Below, in pieces: positions 21,101 through 29,553 of a stretch of DNA of 64,000 nt. The stretch spans positions 320,001 to 384,000 of the IMG/VR virus record IMGVR_UViG_3300037067_027616; one strand, 5' to 3'. How positions within the stretch are numbered: the stretch's first letter is position 1; each line of letters opens with the position of its first letter. The translations under genes and the position numbers were made by a program. The stretch is from a virus. Its lineage: Duplodnaviria > Caudoviricetes. The notes beneath the pieces are model-generated. The model was not told the DNA's origin, did no database searches, and worked only from the letters and a program-made list of their open reading frames with translations.

Positions 21101-21857
21101 GGTCATTGGAGAATATGGCTATGCTGAATCAAATCTTTTAGTGCCATCGCCTTCCTACAGTGCCATTGTCGTACAAAAGGATCTTGAGGCTGACTTCCGC
21201 GGTTTGATAGGCTTGCGTCTCCTCAACATGTTCAACCCCTCATATGCCACGTTTTATGATAAAACGGTAGAAATAGTGGCAGATGGTAACTATGGGGCTA
21301 ATCTTCCTGTGAATGACAAAGACTTGCATGGGGGGATAGACTCTGTGCGCGGGAGTCTCTTGACCGGAATGTTGGGCGTGCAAGTATTGCCGATAAAGGT
21401 TGAGGCTGTTCCTTACGGGGTACCTGCAGTGCAGTCCCAGGCACTCACATACAATGTGCCGACTCATGTGTATTTCGGAGCGATGGGGGACATTAAATTC
21501 GTACAGATATCAGATTACAATCTGCATGTCCAGACGAACTATGTTAAACGCAGACTCGGAAAGCCATGGTCAGTCGATGGCGTTGTGCAACTCGACCACT
21601 ATACTCCGGAGAGATATGACGGGTTGGATAATCCTGATGCCATAGACATGGAGCATTTCCTTGGGTGGCTGAGGGACACCAGGTATATGCAGATAAAAGA
21701 CGGTGTGATCAACGAGGCACTTGTGTCTAATAAATACTTGTGGCTTTTCATGAAATTTCACAGGGAGTTCGGATGCGATCAGAGAGCTTACCAGCTTCGC
21801 AAGAGAATAGCGGAGGGCAAGGACGACCAGGAGACGATCGGGAGCGCATCGGGGTAG
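12111..21857 (+). CDS. Giant multidomain baseplate/tail structural protein (3248 aa)
   Basis: Uninterrupted 9.7-kb ORF in the baseplate cluster with repeated beta-rich modules (DYVMDYDAG, DYVLEYTSG, DYEMSYFTG) and T(I/L)xxLxxxIN-type repeats. AGGA ribosome-binding site upstream. Confidence 0.65.
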   Translation: MGSEIFRLKSVDLEPTVVRGARSGLKNATTTRPLSVNPGDVATVYSGEQGVNHEYLVQSSLSNNDFKGAAVFTNGSDVVSGYTAPHSSVNGDIIRHDGDTRFYTVTGMDGTNVYLTEKYAKASPSDPNVVDGQCTVRRITLGSVNYESYEGGETGVPFYFDKEITEWKPTGADSAGPYVAFSGPIDFSTGMQVQFLKATSKSAPDLSTIGSVRKTLVDNNKQDVVDVSLSPMPYPHSSLKVWWGIGESGLQQKTEFEDYVVNYSQSPDFAYPYPPYEERNVAYLKFLERLTDEVQVTGIGPETAGIVAVSKEVTVQSSGAKARKPVQRIIYGTDSVKVGSESVDRQRDYVMDYDAGTFVFVKHKHAEMPYDHAAVPREVMWNGVSVIRNVSEADVRNTDDLVIPGITGLEGISGIAYFEDTDENNLVFGNDYVLEYTSGAIRLNTPLNKNQAVLVSYYVEGEDVETEKLGASDTRFNKYPILRDSVSILKRWTRTDQYGRSESGSTVLVEGSDYEMSYFTGHIHFLNPSSYAEDVVSLDATYTPLSLMNCILQPAEDDKNSYRMTVIGDALTVVEAKEYLFKIENPVVSVPSENYFKKPGDPTKFSFGGSPIADAPLYASILGTGSVLDTSGWTYDDQTRQLKLDKSLNLNEIFEDDTVIVTYSFVSDLLPYAPVQVTYPVISGGTSRFLIEGFDRTDIIRSGTILRIDNRDPVARYYFKVVDSTYASEGTWVTVSGTFPEDINAPLFFVLDAPVVWESMPETSVLEEGLLLGAEQLTFSGGTLEVQQSIKPNTILMVDDTDIYNVMSVEVSGADTVIGIHPPLSRPYPVSVVHSRTPVYDIGGTTLAMEHYVLGDLPEPAFTVSFTPPEGFDGSGRIFIDQENVVLFESINGVPNPVPYVYRKLNYPSVSSLSYAIQATKSTYNDYVEVGPHVPDYCPFTISPADSDDEKYFLDAGNYSADLIIPFDQFAPVRIPYTVSVSPELLRWSLLKAYSGQSSLLVKDADLTGRYVDGDLFAFAGGGMTGALYLGVTGVSVEDVDDRKYSRILFKDSFRTNLFDPAMYFKRGVRWVTVPNTVLSQNDSGTILTLGGQMQTMLKPGTLLKFDGKYVHAVESAVESVNSVTLSIYPPIKEGYSILGRTPGNWLEQSDVPICLSQIPDQPYILFEYTPPYRHVGTGSIVIDSDKVVVTESVDGGQEEKVTTFKFSDYANIPELATAITDLDSVVSGYKPFKVTVPDAYVGALSADSFYRYRLSPCDAFMPYMNMVAVGTVLVDYSAPAGYTGVGQMVVSATSTGLREDVMPVAGGDVMVKTNDISHSGQPSFFSLLGIIESMTSAADPTFKPFSVSYLDTRSFVGGGSWSSTHVQGVLGPDHSPLPAHIHVTTDFEGWQALGPLNIRRMEPETDYSIDAGLVGIESPIEDLDRFSLSYMGRDLRSEDEGKSISITCRYFSSLPAGSRLDIYMDYRSVDQYYLQKLTERKFSDLVVIPQLSDLLQQMGSGNGQGSDTAPTDDTIQNWNGGVTNNYYLLQDEEIKKQLFMKFYRWYKQRLRCFSSELQLSMGFKFAKSNAVGEVDGRLTLQDAYVETEDYTLSTEDEISSVPEGYSKFFPIGYSKQSPRYYPRFGKEYRLYNDVYCFNVRYKYHNGKEETIGYIKSIKPYWTKDLDHVILKNTNDNLVAYYEVPISEDERTFEASDAKYSWLRRLSVGDKVNLVRRKNKYTVMEITSGVDSSTGKTYELIKLDRSFSEKGVRKFRLRQSDGVFYYWVLKPLPVPPFVVPVDKKTESEFLAALPGEGRNLMLTRPDAESFPIFDDEGSYGYKLEGGVIEGYDKDDKRKNRIRKFSLVAFLKALFPLIPIPEIPENVRVQIGTYNEDTLEFTPTAETTVVEIDKLSRIEQRKVSSTQEGLYINQLDDDEVATGIKEFAYLDFETVYTPDDEDGYIESFVLRSKDRDVWVRFIVEYDENGDAVNSDVAEEYGFIGNQVYKGFYDPDNIYRWLLMEKQAWQTEEAILKDLYDYNDKIARAFNQAKMRLDNVSPYKGYLANYIAGQPSGISDWLATRLPKYERALYFLIGGYSGYGDSGSLLGVMRPDGVHDENDATPQIAQSYGNASVALGKYQSFYNTLQEYKYINSVNNQTWKSDYVRWALSLVQGLMHQKTARSMYDSLRKIEVGLVETNALSLSVAVGTKYTITGGSYSVSSDNFYLYATLVDTTDPQKLVPPYSRVFSLKTEDGSAYITLKALADLVSATVYEGINLFTMSSTYIHYPYELETCKLIVRGTWVLGATNHLSLTNVEDHRGSDPRVLFLDRMVEDKVTTDNKDDRNNPYWVWPLYTSNGNTAKKAIEGLPVAGSWEVPSADYYDVMRVRCLDCEWSTKFDDFGDDGDGIIDAKTYMGPTALIDKIQTSHSITIAEFRELVNEVDVNMPRVSILKAINFVRHGINETTLNIDLREHATITDLVATINAARFTRAGEQDLNGDLQLFEAQSIGDENHGRFKSYEISVEYVPVKDYFEVVDNNFNVVDSKFDFQIGWKLLEKSANKGSYLTFKVRPQRYSMDPFANFLMDGPEEAYQNTLLKLPLGLRKDINAFDVYCWDDEDSEGRREYEVSNNVMYFRSANVPSIAVPLSQSGDENAPDRETLKQLVDRINANPLINKRFYANLQFTRDDARDPGYFEYGYLPNFKRDVPKATLQDFVLRKDNALRLHSSETAEYLIEPDGPYNPLDLVTVFNSLRLRIRSSVRAMSVGKGSGYTFSSSSMVVDDVADTLDLSATYSYSYNYSRTFQFSDVSYDTISELVTALNAVTIPGVGGALFSAVLNNADACTSLLQSSGVLSTTPVQLYKQKAVPPPLTETAFTLAITTPGGICTLSNASYTIPASRSQIRVSCTITYMDTYTPATTDISSGNYTVATLSAHISTLKPFLVPEFPVIFPSTVFNSEYSGTDASNLQDVTTTVEPTGYASVQVLESYDFSGKTLSDIATDVTTDTARTGVSAAVIGEYGYAESNLLVPSPSYSAIVVQKDLEADFRGLIGLRLLNMFNPSYATFYDKTVEIVADGNYGANLPVNDKDLHGGIDSVRGSLLTGMLGVQVLPIKVEAVPYGVPAVQSQALTYNVPTHVYFGAMGDIKFVQISDYNLHVQTNYVKRRLGKPWSVDGVVQLDHYTPERYDGLDNPDAIDMEHFLGWLRDTRYMQIKDGVINEALVSNKYLWLFMKFHREFGCDQRAYQLRKRIAEGKDDQETIGSASG

Positions 21858-21880
21858 CTGATAGACCCCATTGGCGTGTC

Positions 21881-22009
21881 GTGACCGTTGATAAGTCGTC
21901 CAAGGTGTTCCTTGAGGATGAACTCAAAGGACTTATTGAATTACTAATGCGCGCGATGAGTAAGGAAATAAAGATAGCCGAAAAACAAGTAAAAAGGATG
22001 AAATCTTAA
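21881..22009 (+). CDS. Small hypothetical helical protein (about 42 aa)
   Basis: GTG start, fills the gap between genes, and its stop overlaps the next ATG (TAATG). The start position is uncertain. Confidence 0.4.
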   Translation: MTVDKSSKVFLEDELKGLIELLMRAMSKEIKIAEKQVKRMKS

Positions 22010-23739
22010 TGGGCACAAGAATAAAGTATGACTCCCCGCCGGAATACGTCAAGCCAAAATTGGAAGACTTGAATGTGGTTACCGTTGATTACAACGACAT
22101 CGCGGGTTTGTCTGACATAGTTGCGGCAGTGTCACCGTCTGGCGATGACGATGATGAGTCAAAAAAGGAAAAAGTTGGTGACGGGTATTCTTGGAAAGCT
22201 TGGTCAATAGCTTTGGATTTTAGTGACTTGGGTAAGGTAACAGAGGGAATTACTAAAACCCTAGAAGTTGTGGATACTATTACGAAAATAGTTGTAACTG
22301 TTCTCAAGCTTATTCGAATTTTTTCAAGTGACTTCAAATCCATAGCAAGATTGTTAAAAGTTTTGTTGAGAATTATTGTGAAGCAAATACAGCAGATACT
22401 TGACAGTTTCTCTTCTAGTGGCATATACATATCTTTGATTTTTCCAGATTTTGATACCCGATCGGAAAAATTTGTGTTCCCGGTAAATGGGGGTTATAAG
22501 GAATTTGTTCAAAGGGTCAACTCTACGTGTCTCAACAGCAAAGATGAAGACGCACCAAAGTTTGTGGAAAAGGACACGGTCGGAGGGTTCATCATCGGAA
22601 TGATAGGTGGGGCTAATGACCCAAGATTTTTGCAGGATTTGATAACTAATTTTCAGTTGTTAGCCCGTCTTTTTGGGTTCAAGAATCCTATGCCGTCTCC
22701 TGCGCGTAACGTACGCGCTTTCCCAGGTTTCTATAGAGATCCCGAAAACCGAAAAACGGTAAAGATGGGGGTTAAGGTAACATGGGATCACCCCGGGACA
22801 CCTCTTTCCGGTTTTGTGCTACGTAGGTCAAAATTCAAAGACGGAGTTAAGGTAACTGTTGATAACTCGGAGGGAAACAAGGAAACGATTCGTGTGTACA
22901 AAGATGAAGAATTTGATGCCAAGGGCATTAAGAAATTCGAAGCGTTCTTTGGAAAATCCCGGTATAAATTCATTGACTTTGATGTGAAAGACGGTGACCT
23001 GTACTTCTACAAGGTTTTCACTACTGTTGGTTACGATTTTTATGACAAGAACCCTTATTTTCAAAAATTGGAGTCCCCTATAGCTTCCAGAACGGTTTAT
23101 GCCATTCCGAGGAACAAGATACCTCTTTCGGAATTGACTAAAGAAGGAGTGTTTGATGATGACGGCAACCGGGTGTATTCGGGGGAAACGGATTCTGATT
23201 GGCAGTCGTTTACCATACGTACACTTCTTGGAAAAGAGATAGATCAACTTTTTTCTTTAATGGACAAGTTGTCAGAGAAATTATTAGGGATGGTTGATAC
23301 GTCCAGTGATGCCGTGACCAAGTATTTGGGTTTTATAGAGAAGAAGATCAAATTTTACCTTGACATCATTAACAAGGTTGCTTCGATTATACAGAGGCTT
23401 TCGGTGCTTCGGCTGTCAGGGACGCTTCTTTTGCTTTCAATAGAACCTGAGGTGGGCGGAATGCAAGGATTCGTTCGCAAATTCAATAGCGCTGTTCTAA
23501 CGGAGGACGTTGGTGGGTTGCAGATAGGATCCGGGGGTAAGAAACCCCCATCGATTGCCTCTTTGAATGAAGAGGGGATTATGGCGGGGGTCATGTTCGT
23601 GTATGGGTTCCCTGCCCCTGATGGGGAGTATTTCCAGAACCAAGCGGCAGAGGATCAAGCTGCGGCGTTGAAGACCAGTTTGGACAAATCAAAAAAGGCT
23701 TTGGAGGCTTTTTTGACGTTGTTGGGAATCGGAGGCTAG
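22009..23739 (+). CDS. Hypothetical structural protein with central FN3-like domain
   Basis: PSPARNVRA..VKVTWDHP..GFVLRRS..FIDFDVKDGDLYFYKV is FN3-like and is flanked by amphipathic helical regions. Confidence 0.5.
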   Translation: MGTRIKYDSPPEYVKPKLEDLNVVTVDYNDIAGLSDIVAAVSPSGDDDDESKKEKVGDGYSWKAWSIALDFSDLGKVTEGITKTLEVVDTITKIVVTVLKLIRIFSSDFKSIARLLKVLLRIIVKQIQQILDSFSSSGIYISLIFPDFDTRSEKFVFPVNGGYKEFVQRVNSTCLNSKDEDAPKFVEKDTVGGFIIGMIGGANDPRFLQDLITNFQLLARLFGFKNPMPSPARNVRAFPGFYRDPENRKTVKMGVKVTWDHPGTPLSGFVLRRSKFKDGVKVTVDNSEGNKETIRVYKDEEFDAKGIKKFEAFFGKSRYKFIDFDVKDGDLYFYKVFTTVGYDFYDKNPYFQKLESPIASRTVYAIPRNKIPLSELTKEGVFDDDGNRVYSGETDSDWQSFTIRTLLGKEIDQLFSLMDKLSEKLLGMVDTSSDAVTKYLGFIEKKIKFYLDIINKVASIIQRLSVLRLSGTLLLLSIEPEVGGMQGFVRKFNSAVLTEDVGGLQIGSGGKKPPSIASLNEEGIMAGVMFVYGFPAPDGEYFQNQAAEDQAAALKTSLDKSKKALEAFLTLLGIGG

Positions 23740-23741
23740 AT

Positions 23742-25361
23742 ATGGATTGGTTCCAAGAAGGTACGCAGAACAAGGAAATAAGTCTGGCCGAGGTCGAGAA
23801 CATCGTAAAAGTGATGGATACCGCCAGGAATTCCATTACACAAGCTGAGGTGAAGGATCATAAAAAAGACACAGTATACAGGTTGCGTGTCCAACAGAGA
23901 AAACTCAAGGACGAACTTTCTTATGTTTTGAAGCAACTCAACATACCTCCTGCTTCTTTGTACGTTTTTCAGTCGGTGTTGGCGGATGATGTTGTTCCCG
24001 ACACAACTCCAGAAACATCCGATAAGACAAAGTATTCGTCTGTGCGGTATAGAAACATACCCATAAGCGCAGTTACCGAACTCAAAGAGGTTGCCGCTAA
24101 TTGCAGCGGCGAAACTTTTAATAGGGTTATGAATTTGGTGACGGATATAACTTTTCTTAAGTCCCATATTGCAAAAATGGAAAAGGATATGGAATATGCT
24201 CGGAATGCCCGGGTTGAGTTCGATAGAAAAAAAGAATTGGATCCCGCCGGATTCAAAAAATTGAGTGAACAGTTCCTTGCCGTGTCAGAAATTCGCGGGT
24301 ATGTTTCTGCTCTGACCAAACTTGTTGAAAGCTACCCAGATATTTCAACCTCAGATAAATCCCTTGTTGTTACTGCAGAACAATTTGACAGGGTGTGCTT
24401 GACTTGGAGAAGGTATTCACGGAGGTTGTTTAAATCCGTAGATAACTATCTGGAAAAGTATTTGGACGAAATCAGCGAGGATGCTGTAGACATATTCATG
24501 GATAAAGGATACTTTGATTCTACAAAAACCGTGGCAGAAAGATATGGCGTTTCAGAAAATGACGTATTTAACGTTCTTTCAAATGAACTGGAAATAGTCT
24601 TCGATAAAAAAGAAGGTACTTTCAAAACGCGCGTTAGTTCTTTGAAGCTTCTTCAATCAATAAAGGGACTGTTGGAAAGAAGAGAAATACTATCAGATCA
24701 ATATACAGTCGTAGTAAAAGCAAATTTGATAAGAACAACACTCACCGGACTTATTGCTTTGGAATATTCTTTTTCTATTTTGCGAATAGTCCTTGAAGGC
24801 AGTTTGGAAAAATGGAGTGGTGGAAAGTCTTTGGTATCCTCGAATCGAACTGTATCGAAGATAATAGAAAAGGCTAAGGAATCAGTAATATCCCCGGTGC
24901 GAGCCACAGTGACCTCCCCGTTGACTAGGGACGCTTTTGTTGCCGGATCGTTGCGGGACTTCAGTAAATCGGTAGCTGAAGTTAAAAAGGCCAAGCAATT
25001 CATGGAGCAGGCCCCCAACAAGATACGTGAAGCATTGGCAAAAAGGGCAGAGGAAGCCGGTAGGGACACCATGCGTAAAATTCTTTTGCGTCGGGATCTG
25101 CCTACGAAAAACAACAGGAATGGCTTGGCCCCCGTGGAAGATGCCGTGCGGGCAAAGGTACGGTCACGGTATGGTAATATACCCTTCGAAGACGAGGTAA
25201 ACACAGGTACCGATGATAAACCGGAATACCACAAGGAAGTGTACTGCCAAGAGGTTACTGTGAAAGACTCAATTGGTGCTGAAGTACAAGTGTGGAAACT
25301 TAAATCAGACTTGGCGGCTCAAGAAATACAAAAAAATGTTGAGTCTGAAAATGTCAACTGA
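23742..25361 (+). CDS. Hypothetical coiled-coil protein
   Basis: 539-aa charged helical ORF with GGAGG ribosome-binding site. No recognised motif. Confidence 0.5.
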   Translation: MDWFQEGTQNKEISLAEVENIVKVMDTARNSITQAEVKDHKKDTVYRLRVQQRKLKDELSYVLKQLNIPPASLYVFQSVLADDVVPDTTPETSDKTKYSSVRYRNIPISAVTELKEVAANCSGETFNRVMNLVTDITFLKSHIAKMEKDMEYARNARVEFDRKKELDPAGFKKLSEQFLAVSEIRGYVSALTKLVESYPDISTSDKSLVVTAEQFDRVCLTWRRYSRRLFKSVDNYLEKYLDEISEDAVDIFMDKGYFDSTKTVAERYGVSENDVFNVLSNELEIVFDKKEGTFKTRVSSLKLLQSIKGLLERREILSDQYTVVVKANLIRTTLTGLIALEYSFSILRIVLEGSLEKWSGGKSLVSSNRTVSKIIEKAKESVISPVRATVTSPLTRDAFVAGSLRDFSKSVAEVKKAKQFMEQAPNKIREALAKRAEEAGRDTMRKILLRRDLPTKNNRNGLAPVEDAVRAKVRSRYGNIPFEDEVNTGTDDKPEYHKEVYCQEVTVKDSIGAEVQVWKLKSDLAAQEIQKNVESENVN

Positions 25362-25373
25362 TGCCGGGGGGCC

Positions 25374-25404
25374 GTAATACACTATTAATCATGGACGGTA
25401 TAAG
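25374..25404 (+). promoter_or_regulatory. Candidate phage late-promoter motif GTAAT-N3-CWAYTAAT (copy 1)
   Basis: GTAATACACTATTAATCAT matches 60876-60894 at 16 of 19 positions. Intergenic, 60 nt before the ATG at 25434. Confidence 0.5.
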
Positions 25405-25433
25405 TACGTCTCTTGCCTTGTGGCGGTGCATAA

Positions 25434-26183
25434 ATGTCATCTGATATACGAATACAAAATCTGTGTGACCATGTAGTCAATTGGGAAGAGGGCTCCCTCC
25501 AACTCGACCGCAAGTCGATACTGTTCTCCAAACCGATAGCGTCAACGGCAAGTCTTACGGTCAGGATGAACAATGTAGAAATCAATCCCTCAAGTTATAC
25601 CGTCAGTGTCAATAACGAGGTGCTTTCGGCTGACAGACCATTTTTTGTTATTTTGAATAGTCCCACTAAGCTTTTTCAGCCCCTTGTTGAGGCCCAATAT
25701 GTCACGATTCAGACTTTTTGCCGCAAATGCTTGGGGATTAGGTATGTGGACGATTTCGAATACGTAAATGACCGTGACTTGAGAACTGTCGAAAACGAGG
25801 AACTTTTGCTACAAAATGTTGAAAAGTACATAGTTACGAAGGTGGAGAGCAACCCGTTTCATAGTTGGGTTGGGACGGATTTATATAGTCTAGTAGGTAA
25901 AAAGCTATTGGATCAGGACCTTATCGTTTCACGTATGACTGAACAAGTTAATTCTGCCATAGACAAGCTCAAGACGGTGCAAAGACAATTACAGGCATCC
26001 GGCAGGGAGGTTACCCCAGGAGAGATGTTTGGTGACTTACTGTCGCTTTCGGTAGTTCAGCAACCGGATCCAGCGTTATTCAACATAATTTTGAAGTTCA
26101 CGAGCCAATCGGGTAAAGCATTGCAGTATGAGCAACCCGTAGATATACAATCAACGTTTCGCACGAGGTTATCCTTCGCATGA
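25434..26183 (+). CDS. Baseplate wedge gp25-like (sheath initiator) protein
   Basis: C-terminal LLQNVEKYIVT...NPFHSWVGTDLYSLVG is gp25/GPW-like, with a CRKC motif. It sits immediately before the J-like gene (ATGA overlap). Confidence 0.65.
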   Translation: MSSDIRIQNLCDHVVNWEEGSLQLDRKSILFSKPIASTASLTVRMNNVEINPSSYTVSVNNEVLSADRPFFVILNSPTKLFQPLVEAQYVTIQTFCRKCLGIRYVDDFEYVNDRDLRTVENEELLLQNVEKYIVTKVESNPFHSWVGTDLYSLVGKKLLDQDLIVSRMTEQVNSAIDKLKTVQRQLQASGREVTPGEMFGDLLSLSVVQQPDPALFNIILKFTSQSGKALQYEQPVDIQSTFRTRLSFA

Positions 26184-29100
26184 CTATAGCAGCCCCAATC
26201 ATAGAATATCCTGAGACCAATTGGCAGGCCGGCGTAACCGATACGTATCGGACGTCAGATCCTGTTATCATGATATCTGGTACGGTGCCCGTTGTCCCTG
26301 CTGATTACGATGAAGAAATCGTATATACGGTTCAGCAACGGTTCCGGGTTGAGCGGGATGCCGTTTTTGGGCCATACAGTAGTTGGTCAGATGACGGCAT
26401 GATCGCAGGGAGAACTACAGCCGCTGCTACGGAAATACCGTGGTCGTTCGATGGAGAGTTCGCGGTGGAGCCCTCTCCCGGGGACACTGTCCATATGGAG
26501 TTCAAGACGGTCACCCGCAGGAGTGTCTTGGGGATGATAGGGTCGGTTATCGAGGAAAGTTCTATTTCCGAAGTTGCCGTCATTGTCGTTTACGAGAACC
26601 AAATAAGCGCCACCGCCGATCTCCCGACTTCCGTGCAGATGCACAGGGCGCAAGACTACATAAAAATCATGGTTCCCCAAGACGCCATAAGGATGGGGGA
26701 CGATAGTGATTTCGCAGGTTGCAATTTTTATGTAAGCCTCGATGCCGGTGGTGGATCCGAGTATGTCCGCATGAACGACATTTTGGTTACCGACCCCGAT
26801 GAGTCTGAAACGGTCGATGCGACATTGAATGTGTCTGACTACTATGAATCCGCCGGCGACCTAAACGTGCACACGGTAAAATCACGGATAATTGAGAGCA
26901 AATACTACACGTTCTCTTTTACTACGGCTGTCATTACCAAGCTCATATCAGAAGGTAAATTGCCGAACATTTTTCTGGCGGACGGTACCACGCTCAATGT
27001 TGGCCAACGGTTCTATTTTGTGGCATCGGTTACGGCTTTTGACAAGGTTCTTAATGAAGCAACGGAAAGTCCGTATTCGGTTGAGTTACCTGGAAGTTTC
27101 GTAGAGTACTCAACGGATTACAAAGCGCTTCCGGTTCGGTCGCGTAACGATGTTCTTTTTTCGATGAGCCACGATTTGATGGCAAACAACTCCACGGTTT
27201 CTGTGGTGGCAGGCTCCGTCATCCGTGACATGATGGATCCATTAGCTCTGCAGTTCGAGAGATTCTACACGATACAAGATTTCATATTTGCAACTATGTC
27301 ACTTGACACACTCGTGCAATATGACGATGCTGATGGTGACGGAGTTAGCGATCCGGTTTCGACCAACATCAACAAGAAAAAGTTGGCCGCAGCCCTTGGT
27401 GTATCAGATGCAGTTTCGTTACAGTTGCTGATAGATGAGCAGTTCGACAAGTATGCCGCGAATAGTGACATGACGAGGCACACGTCCATGAAGTCAATTG
27501 GTACTGCCGTTATGTACACGACAACAGCCCCGACAACCGACATCTATATACCTGATGGCAGTTCAGTGAGCTATCCCGGTGATGTCAACAAGGGCATATT
27601 GCCTGTTACGTTCATTATAAAAGGTTCATATGTGATGGACGTAAGCAATCTTGACTATTATTTTAACCCTTCCCAACAGAGATGGGAAATTGAGGTAAAC
27701 CTAGAGGCACAGCTCCCGGGTTCTGACAGCAATGTTCCCGCACGTTCCATAACTCGGGTCAACGAAGGAAATAGTCTCCTTCAAGTTATCAACCTAGAAC
27801 CTACCTTGTATGGATCCGACAGAGAAACCAACCAGAATTTGGCGAGCAGGGTAAAGCTTGCGCGATCTTCGTTTGACAGCGGTAATGAATCCGGGTATTC
27901 GTCCGCCGCCTATGACGTGCCTGGCGTGTTGCAGGCGCGCGTGGAAGAGGAAGGCGACCCTTTGATGATGAGGGATTATGATGAAGGCGAGAATAAACAC
28001 ATAGGTGGAAAGGTTGACATCTATGTGAAGGGTTCACGCCTTGTTCAAGTCATAGACCAGGTCGCTTTCAAATATGAATACCCCGTAGACACCTATGGAA
28101 ACAAAGTTGGCGAGCAATTTGATGTCGCCGATGCACTTTCTTTTCGCCTGCGTTCTCGGAACCAAAAAATTACGGAGAACAACCCCATTGTCATAGTCCA
28201 TCAAGTTCGCAACGTAACAAGGGGCGCTGATTATAGCCTTGATGCACTCCAAATTACAGGTGACGGTAATACAATCATTCTTGCTTCTTCCCTGTATAAC
28301 CAAACAATAGGTTTGGCGACGATGGACGTTGTTGAGGTTGACTACAGGTATCGCAGTTCAAACATCCTTACATTGAGTACACAACCTGTCGTATCTGTTG
28401 ATTTGGTCACGGATTCATCGGGTACGGTGATAGACTCATCCAAGTACCGTATAATGAAGATTCAAGACCCCATGCAGGATGGAAACTCCTCAATAGCGCA
28501 AGATGGTGTGCAATTCCTTTTCGGAGATGACGATGATATTGAGGAATTTGAAACCATCGTGAATGAGGAACATGACATGATCATCGGAACCGATACCCGC
28601 CTGCTCTACAAGGGGGTTGATGTTTCGACGATAGTGGTAAAAAACCCAGACGATGTAACCGAGATATACGTGCGTGATGTTGACTATACGATTGTGAGTG
28701 GTAGTGAAACAGAATACACTTATCTGCGTTTGGTTGCCGTTGGTAAGATACGAAACGGGGATCGGGTGAGTGTCGATTATAACGCAAGTAAGAACTTCAA
28801 TGTGACCTACACGGTCAACAGCGTTATTGACCAAGTAGATGCCAAAGTTTCAGCGATGAGGAGTTCTTGCGCTGATGTAGCCGTTAAACAAGCCGTCGAG
28901 AATTTTGTTGACATGAGTTTCAAAGTAGTTCGGAAGGTGGGCGTTGACAAGCTCCTGCTGAAGTCCCGAATCAACAAGACGTTGTCCAACTATGTGCGCA
29001 AGTTGAAAATGGGAGAGCCTTTGACGCAAGACGATGTTGTGAATGTTATTCGTAATGTGTCCGGTGTCAAAAACGTGCAAATTCCTATGACAAATTTGAT

Positions 29101-29551
29101 GAAAAGAAACGGATCGTTTATATCGTTGGACGATATTGGTGAGCCTGCTTTTGAAATATTCCAAAGGACATCGGCTTGTGGCTTCACATCATATCGTACG
29201 ATAAAACCCGTTTTGTCTTACAAGACCGTTGACAATGGGGGTCCGGATAATTTGTTCAGAGGGATATACGAGGATAGCCGTCCGTTGACTCTTGTTTCCG
29301 ACTCGTCCTTGGTTGGACGCGGCTTGGGCAGGGGATACATACAACCTGACGGCCGTATCGTTGTAAGCACTACGGATGGGAGACCCCCACAGGAAAAGCT
29401 TTACAAGGTTTCTTATTATGCATTTTACAACGCTGATGAAATATTCGCTTCCGATATTGAAACAAGTGAGATAGAATATCTGACCATTGATGCGCTCAGC
29501 ACGAAAAATGTGGAAATAATCGATGAGCGTGTAGTCAAAAGAGGAATCTGA
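26180..29551 (+). CDS. Baseplate J / gp6-like wedge protein
   Basis: GSVIRDMMDP, EAQLPGSDSNVPA..I, GSDRETNQNLASR..GNESGY, GGKVDIYVKG and LKMGEPLTQDDVVNVIRNVSGV are baseplate-J hallmarks. Confidence 0.8.
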   Translation: MTIAAPIIEYPETNWQAGVTDTYRTSDPVIMISGTVPVVPADYDEEIVYTVQQRFRVERDAVFGPYSSWSDDGMIAGRTTAAATEIPWSFDGEFAVEPSPGDTVHMEFKTVTRRSVLGMIGSVIEESSISEVAVIVVYENQISATADLPTSVQMHRAQDYIKIMVPQDAIRMGDDSDFAGCNFYVSLDAGGGSEYVRMNDILVTDPDESETVDATLNVSDYYESAGDLNVHTVKSRIIESKYYTFSFTTAVITKLISEGKLPNIFLADGTTLNVGQRFYFVASVTAFDKVLNEATESPYSVELPGSFVEYSTDYKALPVRSRNDVLFSMSHDLMANNSTVSVVAGSVIRDMMDPLALQFERFYTIQDFIFATMSLDTLVQYDDADGDGVSDPVSTNINKKKLAAALGVSDAVSLQLLIDEQFDKYAANSDMTRHTSMKSIGTAVMYTTTAPTTDIYIPDGSSVSYPGDVNKGILPVTFIIKGSYVMDVSNLDYYFNPSQQRWEIEVNLEAQLPGSDSNVPARSITRVNEGNSLLQVINLEPTLYGSDRETNQNLASRVKLARSSFDSGNESGYSSAAYDVPGVLQARVEEEGDPLMMRDYDEGENKHIGGKVDIYVKGSRLVQVIDQVAFKYEYPVDTYGNKVGEQFDVADALSFRLRSRNQKITENNPIVIVHQVRNVTRGADYSLDALQITGDGNTIILASSLYNQTIGLATMDVVEVDYRYRSSNILTLSTQPVVSVDLVTDSSGTVIDSSKYRIMKIQDPMQDGNSSIAQDGVQFLFGDDDDIEEFETIVNEEHDMIIGTDTRLLYKGVDVSTIVVKNPDDVTEIYVRDVDYTIVSGSETEYTYLRLVAVGKIRNGDRVSVDYNASKNFNVTYTVNSVIDQVDAKVSAMRSSCADVAVKQAVENFVDMSFKVVRKVGVDKLLLKSRINKTLSNYVRKLKMGEPLTQDDVVNVIRNVSGVKNVQIPMTNLMKRNGSFISLDDIGEPAFEIFQRTSACGFTSYRTIKPVLSYKTVDNGGPDNLFRGIYEDSRPLTLVSDSSLVGRGLGRGYIQPDGRIVVSTTDGRPPQEKLYKVSYYAFYNADEIFASDIETSEIEYLTIDALSTKNVEIIDERVVKRGI

Positions 29552-29553
29552 AA

